From Sideroxydans sp. (GTDB taxonomy: Bacteria; Pseudomonadota; Gammaproteobacteria; Burkholderiales; Gallionellaceae), in contig PNNY01000001.1 of the NCBI GenBank assembly GCA_013824485.1, forward strand, positions 12,017 through 76,016: DNA of 64,000 nucleotides, written 5' to 3'. How positions within the stretch are numbered: the first letter of the stretch is position 1; the number at the start of each line of letters is the position of its first letter. The position numbers were made by a program, and so were the translations under genes. The notes beneath the pieces are model-generated. The model was given only the letters and a program-made list of their open reading frames with translations. It was not told the DNA's origin and ran no database searches. Shown piece after piece: positions 1 to 7,690 of the stretch.

Positions 1-105
1 TTGTATGCGAAACCGATGAATTTGCGTGACCTTGTCGATTATTGCAGAGCAACTGATTCGCAGTCTGTAAACGTGATTCGCCTTCACAATAGGCTTGGCG
101 ATTAG
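1..105 (+). CDS. possible 3' end of an upstream CDS (partial, unknown product)
   Basis: Frame 1 is open from base 1 to TAG at 103-105 (LYAKPMNLRDLVDYCR...LGD*); no recognisable motif. Confidence 0.3.
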   Translation: MYAKPMNLRDLVDYCRATDSQSVNVIRLHNRLGD

Positions 106-147
106 CAATTAATACAACTTCTTCAACAACGTTGGATTGAGAATGAA

Positions 148-1065
148 TTGCGAGTACTGAACATTGGATCCATCAATATTGACCATGTTTATGGGGTCGA
201 TTATTTTGTTCGTCCCGGAGAGACTCTGGCCGCCTCCAGCTACAGTACCTTCGCAGGAGGTAAGGGGTTCAATCAGTCCGTAGCATTGGCCCGTGCCGGT
301 GCTGCCACGTGCCATTCGGGGAGAGTCGGGCCGAATGCGGAATGGCTCGTGCGGCGCCTTGGACAGGAATCGGTTGACACGACGTTCGTGCTTGCGGACG
401 AGGTGGCGACAGGACATGCCATAATTCAGGTTGTGCCATCCGGCGAGAACTCTATTGTGCTGTTTGGTGGTGCGAATCGCACCATCACCGAAGCCGACGT
501 CACCACTGCGCTTTCATCATGCTCGTCGGGAGACTACGTTCTACTCCAGAACGAGATAAGCTCGGTGCCATACGCCATTCAATGCGCACACGAAAAGGGA
601 TTGCGGATTGTGTTCAATCCCGCTCCGATGAGCGGCGATGTCCGTCACTACCCGCTGGCCTTGGTGGACATATTCATCCTGAACGAAACGGAGGCGGAAC
701 AACTCACGGGAAGAACCAATCCGGAGGATATCCGCGCCATCATGCGCGAACAGTACCCTCGTTCTGCGACTGTCCTGACGCGTGGAAGCAAAGGCACCGT
801 CTATTTTGACTGTGAATCCGAGCTGAAACAACCTGCTTTGGTCGTAGATGCCGTCGATACGACCGCAGCGGGAGACACCTTCGTGGGCTTCTTCCTAGCT
901 GAACTGATGCATACAGGGGATCCGGCCAAGGCCTTGGCTCTGGGATGTCGTGCTGCGGCAATTTGCGTTACGAGAGTCGGCGCAGCAGATTCCATCCCCC
1001 TGCGGAAAGAAATGGAGACAATCCAACCAGACAAATCCAGGGTACGCGGTAAACCGCGCCGCTGA
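148..1065 (+). CDS. rbsK: ribokinase / PfkB-family sugar kinase, carried as an integron gene cassette
   Basis: GSINID, GGKGFNQ, NETE and DTTAAGDTF PfkB motifs; TTG start; stop lies inside the attC. Confidence 0.85.
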   Translation: MRVLNIGSINIDHVYGVDYFVRPGETLAASSYSTFAGGKGFNQSVALARAGAATCHSGRVGPNAEWLVRRLGQESVDTTFVLADEVATGHAIIQVVPSGENSIVLFGGANRTITEADVTTALSSCSSGDYVLLQNEISSVPYAIQCAHEKGLRIVFNPAPMSGDVRHYPLALVDIFILNETEAEQLTGRTNPEDIRAIMREQYPRSATVLTRGSKGTVYFDCESELKQPALVVDAVDTTAAGDTFVGFFLAELMHTGDPAKALALGCRAAAICVTRVGAADSIPLRKEMETIQPDKSRVRGKPRR

Positions 1066-1080
1066 TTTGCGACGTTGATG
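1021..1080 (+). mobile_element. integron attC site (59-be) of the ribokinase cassette
   Basis: R'' ATCCAAC, 5 nt, L'' AAATCCAG, central hairpin CGCGG-TAAA-CCGCG, L' CTGATTT, 5 nt, R' GTTGATG. L'' has the extra unpaired C. R'' is the exact complement of GTTGGAT at 131-137 where the cassette starts. Confidence 0.88.
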
Positions 1081-1106
1081 TCTGCTCTGCATCAGACAAC
1101 GGGCTT
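1078..1106. repeat. 29-bp imperfect-palindrome site, copy A
   Basis: ATGTCTGC-N12-AACGGGCTT; aligns without gaps to 2678-2706 and to the reverse complement of 2516-2544. Confidence 0.55.
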
Positions 1107-1123
1107 TTTAACGGAATCACATC

Positions 1124-2425
1124 ATGACAAACAACAAGCAAAGCCCCCAAAAACAGGAGATAAAGCAGGAGTACTACCTGAAAGCAGTCACCGAACTGGG
1201 GGACACACGCCCCATCGTGACCGCCTGCGACATCTATTCTCAAACTGGGATCAAGTTGGTCGCTGAGGGCATTCACATCTCCAGTAAGCTACATGATCAC
1301 TTGGTCCACCACAAATTGATGCCGCCGCTCGATCATGCGTTGAAGATGGATGGGATGTTGGATTTCGCACAAATCCAAGCAGATGTACTCGAATTGATAG
1401 CGAACAACGACAAGCTATCCAAAGTGGCGTCGGTACTTCACCAGACAGCACTGTATCAACAACTCGCTATTGATTTCCCGCTCCCTCGTCCGCTCGCCTT
1501 CAAGCTGACTGTGGCTAAAGAGAAGTTCACACGTATCTACAAGCACAGCCTGTTGCTGATGATCTTGAGCGTCTATCTGGGGCGATGTGACAGCCTATCC
1601 ATGAGCGAAGAGGAACACATAGCCATTGCCGCCCTATTCCATGACATTGGACTCTTACACATCGATCCCCAATTACTCGAACCGTCGCACATCATGTCCA
1701 GCGCGGAGAGGCGGCATCTGTATACTCATCCGCTCATTGCCTATTTGCTGTTGGATGAATTCCCCGAGTTACCGAGATCGGTAGCCGATGCGGTGCTGGA
1801 GCATCACGAACGCATGGATGGCAGCGGCTACCCACGTGGTCTGCATTCCGAGAACCTCAGTAGGCTAGGTCAGATACTGGCGGTGGCCGAGTTGGCTGCG
1901 AAGGCGTTTGATTCCGCCGACAACAAGCTACCTTGGAAAAAGCTGGATGTGATGCTCAAACTGAATTCCAGAAAATATGGGAGCGGATTGATCGGACATC
2001 TCAACATCTTCCGCGACAACGCATCAGATACGAACCTGAACGGGCAAGAAACAGCGCAGTTGGTCGAGCAGGTGAACCTAGTCGCCAAGTTGTTCGACGA
2101 TTTCAATCGTCATTCAGGCCCCGCGAATCGCGATTCCGTCTTTCACTTTGCACAAACACGCTTGGCCGAGTTACAGCTCAGCCTGTTCGAGGCCGGATTC
2201 GACCCGCGCAACCCCAATGCGCTGATCAAAATAATCATGGATGATCCAAGCTGCACGGCAGAATATGCCCCGCTCTTGGGGGAGGCTATCTGGCAATTCA
2301 ATTCATTAATCCTAGAGATCTCGCGACAATGGCCTGAACCGGTCGATAAGTCAGAACATGAGAATGCCAAATCAGAACACCCTTGGCTGGGAGAGATGAA
2401 GATGGTTTTGTTCGCAGCAGTCTAG
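1124..2425 (+). CDS. HD-GYP domain protein (c-di-GMP phosphodiesterase family, possibly degenerate)
   Basis: FHDIG and HHERMDGSGYPRGL motifs. Confidence 0.85.
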   Translation: MTNNKQSPQKQEIKQEYYLKAVTELGDTRPIVTACDIYSQTGIKLVAEGIHISSKLHDHLVHHKLMPPLDHALKMDGMLDFAQIQADVLELIANNDKLSKVASVLHQTALYQQLAIDFPLPRPLAFKLTVAKEKFTRIYKHSLLLMILSVYLGRCDSLSMSEEEHIAIAALFHDIGLLHIDPQLLEPSHIMSSAERRHLYTHPLIAYLLLDEFPELPRSVADAVLEHHERMDGSGYPRGLHSENLSRLGQILAVAELAAKAFDSADNKLPWKKLDVMLKLNSRKYGSGLIGHLNIFRDNASDTNLNGQETAQLVEQVNLVAKLFDDFNRHSGPANRDSVFHFAQTRLAELQLSLFEAGFDPRNPNALIKIIMDDPSCTAEYAPLLGEAIWQFNSLILEISRQWPEPVDKSEHENAKSEHPWLGEMKMVLFAAV

Positions 2426-2473
2426 CAACCACACACGCTGTGCGCTTTTGCGAACTTACAGAGAAGGTTGCAA

Positions 2474-2706
2474 CAGGCTGCGAAGGTCTTGCAAGCGAAG
2501 ATATGCTTCCTAGCGACGACCGCTTCAGTACTGCATGCGGACATCCCTCCACCCAACGCAGTCATCCTTTTGAAAATATTCCCACTGTCTCTTCTGGCCG
2601 AGGAAGCGACAGACGGCAATTCGCCTTTTAGAGACATTGGTGATTTGCGGATATACGAATCAGCTCTGATCGTAGCTATGTCTGCCTCGAATCCAGAAAC
2701 GGTCGT
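2474..2706. repeat. cluster of 29-bp imperfect-palindrome sites
   Basis: 2516-2544 ACGACCGCT-N12-GCGGACAT and 2678-2706 ATGTCTGC-N12-AACGGTCGT; degenerate copies at 2474-2502, ~2585-2613 and ~2612-2637. Confidence 0.6.
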
Positions 2707-2808
2707 TCATAGGCTGTTATTTTGGAGACGCTTATAGCCTTTGTGGCTAGCTGATGATGCTCTCACACACCTAGCCTTGTTGTGTCATATCCGAGGTGAG
2801 CACGCGCC

Positions 2809-3231
2809 CTACAGCGAGAATATTTTCTCTTCGGTTAATGACTTGTTCTCTGGAGGCACTGCCATTTCGATTCGGCTGTTGCCATCTTCAAGTATGAACA
2901 CATGCTCGTATTGATCTGTGTACTTCGCATTTACACGTAACCATATTTCTTTCAGCGGCTCCATTTTCCAACGATCCGTTTTATTAATGTGGCCAGGGCT
3001 AACGATATCGACAAACTGTATTTCAACTTCTTCGCGGCATGCCATTTCGATTAGTTGCCGCACATCAGACAGCATGATGCTTTGAGTGATGGAGTAGCCT
3101 TCATCACTATTAATTGAGTACGAAACCAATATCCAAGGGTTGTTTAGTGCGATGCCAACATAGTCCCAGTGGTACTCGTTCGGTAATGAAAAGTAGGTTT
3201 TTCTTCTACCATTTTCGTGAGTTTCAAACAT
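2809..3231 (-). CDS. hypothetical protein
   Basis: ORF 2809..3321; ATG at 3231 preferred because AAGGA lies just upstream; no recognised domain. Confidence 0.6.
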   Translation of the reverse strand: MFETHENGRRKTYFSLPNEYHWDYVGIALNNPWILVSYSINSDEGYSITQSIMLSDVRQLIEMACREEVEIQFVDIVSPGHINKTDRWKMEPLKEIWLRVNAKYTDQYEHVFILEDGNSRIEMAVPPENKSLTEEKIFSL

Positions 3232-3248
3232 TGCCATTCCTTCTTTAT

Positions 3249-3279
3249 GAACACTATAGATTGTAGTCCTATAGTGTTC
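3249..3279. promoter_or_regulatory. putative XRE operator between divergent genes
   Basis: Perfect 11-bp inverted repeat GAACACTATAG-N9-CTATAGTGTTC, 40 bp upstream of the XRE gene. Confidence 0.55.
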
Positions 3280-3319
3280 GTCATGGCTAGATGGAATCTT
3301 CTTCATATGGGAGATATCC

Positions 3320-3622
3320 ATGGATATCAGGCAGGCGTTTGGACATTCACTGAAGGTGGCTAGAAAGTCTAAAAGACTTAGTCAGGAGGACTTCTCGATC
3401 GCGTCCAGTCGCACGTATTTGAGCAGCCTAGAACGAGGCCTAAAGAGTCCAACACTGGACAAGATCAATGCATTGGCGGAACGGATGGAGATTCATCCTT
3501 TGACGCTGCTTACGCTAACTTATTTGTGCCAGCAAAATGAGACGGATCCAACCAGACTTCACAAGCAAATTACAACTGAAATCAATTCAATTTTATCTGG
3601 CATCGTCAGCATATCTGAATAA
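3320..3622 (+). CDS. XRE-family helix-turn-helix transcriptional regulator
   Basis: LSQEDF...SRTYLSSLERGLKSPTLDKI HTH_3 pattern. Confidence 0.88.
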   Translation: MDIRQAFGHSLKVARKSKRLSQEDFSIASSRTYLSSLERGLKSPTLDKINALAERMEIHPLTLLTLTYLCQQNETDPTRLHKQITTEINSILSGIVSISE

Positions 3623-3957
3623 TCGATCAACAATCAGTTCAAAAACTCTAGCCGGCAATCACTTCAAAAAAATGGGGACCGTAGTTTGCGCATCCGCATG
3701 TCATCCAGCATGCGTTGACGTAACGTGGAAACGGACGAGGTCGATGCAGTCATAATTCTGCTCCTCTTGGTGAATGAGGCGGATTGCCTCGCTTACCAAG
3801 ACTGGGAAACAGAAACGCTGTTTCAATCCCTTCAAGAAAACACTGCTATATGTTCGGAGTGCCAATTACCGCGAAGCGGTTTAGTCCTCAGCCGGCAAGA
3901 AGAAGTGGGTATCCGGATTTTCCGGTGGGTGTAGTAATAGACCATACTGATGCATCA

Positions 3958-3986
3958 TTGACGAACTCCCCTATTAGGGGAATAAT
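3958..3986 (+). promoter_or_regulatory. mqsRA promoter with palindromic operator
   Basis: TTGACG-N17-AATAAT enclosing TCCCCTA-T-TAGGGGA (3967-3981), analogous to MqsA operators. Confidence 0.6.
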
Positions 3987-3993
3987 ATCCATC

Positions 3994-4293
3994 ATGGAAA
4001 AGAACAAACCGCATTACTTGCTTAAAGCGATTCAGGCGCAAATGACCACGCCGGAGGCAATGAACCTGACGATTACGGCGCTTACGGGAATTCGTGCTGC
4101 GGGCATGGCTCAGGCGGATGCGTTGGCTGTAGTACAAGGCTTAACAGCGGTGGATTTTTATAAAAGCATGACGACCAGTGCAGATCATCGTGTATGGCAG
4201 GATGTGTATCACGCCGAATGGCAGAGCGTTACGCTGTACATCAAGTTTCAACAGGCTGGCGAATATTTTGTAATTTCATTCAAGGAGCGATGA
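3994..4293 (+). CDS. mqsR: MqsR-family mRNA interferase toxin
   Basis: MEKNKPHY...DFYKSMTT.ADHRVWQDVY...LYIK...VISFKER. Confidence 0.92.
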   Translation: MEKNKPHYLLKAIQAQMTTPEAMNLTITALTGIRAAGMAQADALAVVQGLTAVDFYKSMTTSADHRVWQDVYHAEWQSVTLYIKFQQAGEYFVISFKER

Positions 4294-4294
4294 G

Positions 4295-4699
4295 ATGAAG
4301 AAGAGTAAATGGAACGGCCAAGTGTGCCCAGTCTGCGCGGAAGGTGTGTTGCATGATGGCATCAAGACATTGGCGCAGGAATACAAGGGACACGCCTATG
4401 AATTGAAGATGCGAGGTGCGTTTTGCGACAAATGCGATGAGGCAGTGCTAGTTTATGACGCAGCCGAAGAAGCCGCGTGGCTTGCGTTCCGCGACCAGGT
4501 GGATCGACTGGCAGCGAGTGAGTTGGAGTCCATCCGCAAACGCTTAAAACTCACTCAGGCGCAAGCCGCCAAACTAGCGGGTGGGGGGAAGAATGCCTTC
4601 TCTCGCTATGAGCGCGGACAGGCCAAGCCGGTGGCGGCGGTTATCAATCTGTTCAAATTGCTGGATAAACACCCTGACCTGATCAAGGAACTAACATGA
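4295..4699 (+). CDS. mqsA: MqsA-family antitoxin (zinc finger plus HTH)
   Basis: CPVC...CDKC and LTQAQAAKLAGGGKNAFSRYERG. Confidence 0.92.
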   Translation: MKKSKWNGQVCPVCAEGVLHDGIKTLAQEYKGHAYELKMRGAFCDKCDEAVLVYDAAEEAAWLAFRDQVDRLAASELESIRKRLKLTQAQAAKLAGGGKNAFSRYERGQAKPVAAVINLFKLLDKHPDLIKELT

Positions 4700-4887
4700 G
4701 AGACACGACAACCTATTACGATGTGGCAGAACACCTGAGAACACCGGAAGAAGGTAAATTGTATTTGGAGGCTTGCCAAGAGGAGTCCCGTGGAGATGCC
4801 GATTTCATGGATAAGGCTCGAAACGACGTTGCTAGGGCAGCACGCAGGTTTAGCTATAGCAATCCATCAAACCAAGATCAAATTTAG
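4696..4887 (+). pseudogene. truncated addiction-module antidote protein (N-terminal half, no HTH)
   Basis: YDVAEHLRTPEE...YLEAC...GDA...DVARA matches the antidote N-terminus; ends at the right TIR. Confidence 0.6.
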
Positions 4888-4992
4888 CTATCACCCACCG
4901 GAAAATCCGGATACCCGAAGAAGTTTGTAGTGACAAATCACAAGGTAGCCGGAAGGACTAATTCACTGAAGGCTATTGGACGTAGACAAGGC

Positions 4993-5553
4993 TTACTCCG
5001 CTCCCTCTGCCCACTTGATCGAGCAACCCATGCTCGCTACTTGTTCACGCGGGCCTTGGCCGGTCGCGGCGACTTGTTTCATAGCGACTAATAGGTCGCG
5101 ACGGACACCCTCAGGGGCTGTTTCCTTGCGGGATTCGTCGATTCGGCCACGGTATTGCAGTTCGAGTTTGCTGTTAAAACCAAAAAAATCCGGGGTGCAG
5201 ACCGCCCCATAAGCGCGTGCCACTGATTGATCCTCATCTACCAAATAAGGAAATGTAAAGCCGTATTTCGCGGCAAAAACCTTCATGTCTGCGGGCGAAT
5301 CAGTTGTGTAAGTGCTGTAGTCGTTCGACATGACGGCCAACACATTGATGCCTTCTGACTGAAGCTCACGGGCATCAACGACAAAGCGTTCGGCAATTGC
5401 TTGGACATACGGACAGTGGTTGCAGATGAAAGCAATTAACACTCCCCTGTCCCCGACACATTGAGACATGGTGAACGCCCTGCCATCTGGGTCTTTGAGG
5501 GTGAATTCAGGAGCTTTCCAGCCAAAATCGCAGATAGGTGTGTTAACAGCCAT
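4993..5553 (-). CDS. thioredoxin-fold AhpC/TSA (Prx-like) protein, intact copy
   Basis: FICNHCPYV, YGAVCTPDFFGF, YRGRID, SMGCSIKW. Confidence 0.9.
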   Translation of the reverse strand: MAVNTPICDFGWKAPEFTLKDPDGRAFTMSQCVGDRGVLIAFICNHCPYVQAIAERFVVDARELQSEGINVLAVMSNDYSTYTTDSPADMKVFAAKYGFTFPYLVDEDQSVARAYGAVCTPDFFGFNSKLELQYRGRIDESRKETAPEGVRRDLLVAMKQVAATGQGPREQVASMGCSIKWAEGAE

Positions 5554-5897
5554 TCTTTATCCTTTGCCACGCAGGGCGCTTACACTCGCCATTTTACGAA
5601 GTGATGTATTATTCCGCTACTTGTACGGCTTAGGCTAGCGGCAAACCACCAGCGTTACAATAGCAGAGTGGGCCACTCTGTAACCTAACGATGCATGTAT
5701 ACGTCAACTTCAATCTCAAGTGAATGGTGAATTATCCTCCAATGCAAACATCCCAGATGTTTTGTAACGAAAAATGGACTGGAAGGGCAAATCCCGTCCA
5801 TTTTGACCCACAAACGAATGGACACATCGAAACTACTCAACCAATTGAATTTGCAGGGAATGTGTGCAGTCCATTATGGGCAAACTTGCGTGTGCAT

Positions 5898-6320
5898 CAC
5901 CACTGCCCTTACGTCAAATCTATCCGCGACCGCATCATCCGCGACGTGCGCGAATTACAACAGCACGGCATCAACAGCATCGCCATCATGTCGAACGACC
6001 CTGCGGATTACGCGGAAGACAGCTTCGACAACATGAAGCTCATCGCCCAGCAATACGACTATCCTTTCCCTTACGTGTGGGACGAGACCCAGCAGATCGC
6101 CAAGGATTACGGCGCGGTGTGTACACCGGATTTCTTTGGTTTCAATGCGAATATGGAATTGCAATATCGCGGCCGGCTGGATGCCTCGCGTAAAGAAGCG
6201 GCTCCAGATGCACAACGCGACCTATTCAATGCCATGTTGCAAGTCGCCAAAACTGGACAAGGCCCACGCGAGCAACTCGCCAGCATGGGTTGCTCGATCA
6301 AATGGAAGGATGAAGCGTGA
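5898..6320 (+). pseudogene. 5'-truncated Prx-like thioredoxin-family gene; probable island junction
   Basis: Similarity to 4993..5553 starts only at HCPYV. The first ~58 codons of ORF 5724..6320 are unrelated and the first Cys of CNHC is lost. Overlaps the trkA start. Confidence 0.7.
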
Positions 6321-7690
6321 GAATACTGATTCTAGGAGCCGGTCAAGTCGGCTCGACTGTTGCTGAAAGTCTGGTGAATGAGGCGAACGACATCACGATC
6401 GTTGATGCAGATGCTGAAAAGCTTCGATTGTTGCAAGACCGCCTCGATCTGCGCACCGTCGTCGGCAATGCCGCCCATCCATCCATCTTGGAACAAGCAG
6501 GTATCGCCGATGCGGACATGTTGTTGGCGGTGACACAAAGCGACGAAGTGAATCTGGTCGCATGCAAGATGGCTGCCTCGCTTTACAACACACCGACCCG
6601 CATCGCACGTATCCGCTCCACCGAATATCTCAACCGCGAAGAAGTCTTCAGTACGGATAACTTTTGCGTGAACTTCTCTATCTGCCCCGAGCAGATCCTC
6701 ACCGATTACATCACCAAGCTGATCGAGTTCCCCGAGGCTTTGCAGGTTTTGGAATTCGCCGAGGGCAAAGTGTCGCTGGTTGCGGTGCGCGCCTTTGAGG
6801 GCGGTCCACTGGTGGGTAAACCCTTGAGCTTCTTGCGCACCCACATGCCGCAAGTCGAAACACGCGTCGCCGCCATTTTCCGTAAGGATAGAGCGATCAG
6901 CCCTGAGGGTACGACGGTCATCGAAGACGGTGACGAGATCTTCTTCATCGCCGCCAAAGAGAACATCCGCCGTGTCCTGAAAGAGATGCGCCGCATGGAC
7001 AAACCGACCAAGCGCGTGATGATCGTGGGGGGCGGAAACATCGGGATGCGCCTGGCCAAAGCGCTTGAGAATGATTACCAAGTCAAACTGGTCGAGTTCA
7101 ATAAGAAATCCTGTGAGCGCCTTGCCAGCAAGTTGACCAAGACACTGGTATTACATGGCGATTGCACCGACGAGAATCTGTTGCAGCAGGAACATGTCGA
7201 GGATGTCGACGTGTTCTGCGCACTGACCAATGATGACGAAAACAACATCATGTCAGCCTTGCTGGCAAAGCAGATCGGTGCTCGCAAGGTGATCTCACTG
7301 ATCAATCGTAGCGCCTATGTCGGCTTGGTTCAGGGCGGCAAGATCGACATCGCACTGTCCCCCGCCCACGTCACCATCGGCTCGTTGCTCGCCTATGTGC
7401 GTCAAGGTGATGTGGCAGCCGTGCACTCTTTGCGCCGTGGCGCCGCTGAAGCACTAGAACTGATTGCGCATGGCGATCGTGAGTCCTCACAAGTGGTCGG
7501 GCGTCGTATCGATGAGATCCAATCACCCCGCGGGGCAACCATCGGCGCCATCGTGCGCAATGGTCAAGTCGTCATCGCGCACCACGATACGGTGATCGAA
7601 TCGGAAGACCATGTCATCGTGTTCGTCATCGATAAGAAGATGATCCGCAAGGTCGAGCAGTTGTTCCAAGTGAAAATCGGGTTCTTCTGA
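6317..7690 (+). CDS. trkA: Trk potassium uptake NAD-binding subunit
   Basis: Two Rossmann motifs (GAGQVG, GGGNIG) and HSLRRGAAEALE. Confidence 0.95.
   Translation: MRILILGAGQVGSTVAESLVNEANDITIVDADAEKLRLLQDRLDLRTVVGNAAHPSILEQAGIADADMLLAVTQSDEVNLVACKMAASLYNTPTRIARIRSTEYLNREEVFSTDNFCVNFSICPEQILTDYITKLIEFPEALQVLEFAEGKVSLVAVRAFEGGPLVGKPLSFLRTHMPQVETRVAAIFRKDRAISPEGTTVIEDGDEIFFIAAKENIRRVLKEMRRMDKPTKRVMIVGGGNIGMRLAKALENDYQVKLVEFNKKSCERLASKLTKTLVLHGDCTDENLLQQEHVEDVDVFCALTNDDENNIMSALLAKQIGARKVISLINRSAYVGLVQGGKIDIALSPAHVTIGSLLAYVRQGDVAAVHSLRRGAAEALELIAHGDRESSQVVGRRIDEIQSPRGATIGAIVRNGQVVIAHHDTVIESEDHVIVFVIDKKMIRKVEQLFQVKIGFF

Larger units (their letters stand above)
3907..4916. mobile_element. non-autonomous transposable cassette (MIC-like) carrying mqsRA
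   Basis: Perfect 25-bp TIRs GGGTATCCGGATTTTCCGGTGGGTG (3907-3931 and 4892-4916); 8-bp direct repeat GAAGAAGT at 3899-3906 and 4917-4924; no transposase inside. Confidence 0.92.

Noticed and set aside
2426-2720. attC for the HD-GYP gene, or a CRISPR array
   Set aside because: No CATCAAC-type R'' or L-box pairing; repeats are degenerate, in mixed orientation and irregularly spaced
3725-3934. 69-aa ORF running into the left TIR
   Set aside because: No motif or clear Shine-Dalgarno; cannot be supported as a gene
3784-3993. N-terminal extension of the MqsR ORF
   Set aside because: Crosses the TIR and the promoter; the family start MEK is at 3994
5620-5690. GGCAAACC plus hairpins resembling a c-di-GMP-I riboswitch
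   Set aside because: Lacks the GAAA tetraloop stem and the downstream CGCAAA element
5724-5897. Novel N-terminal domain on the Prx-like protein
   Set aside because: More simply read as island-end DNA that happens to be open in frame
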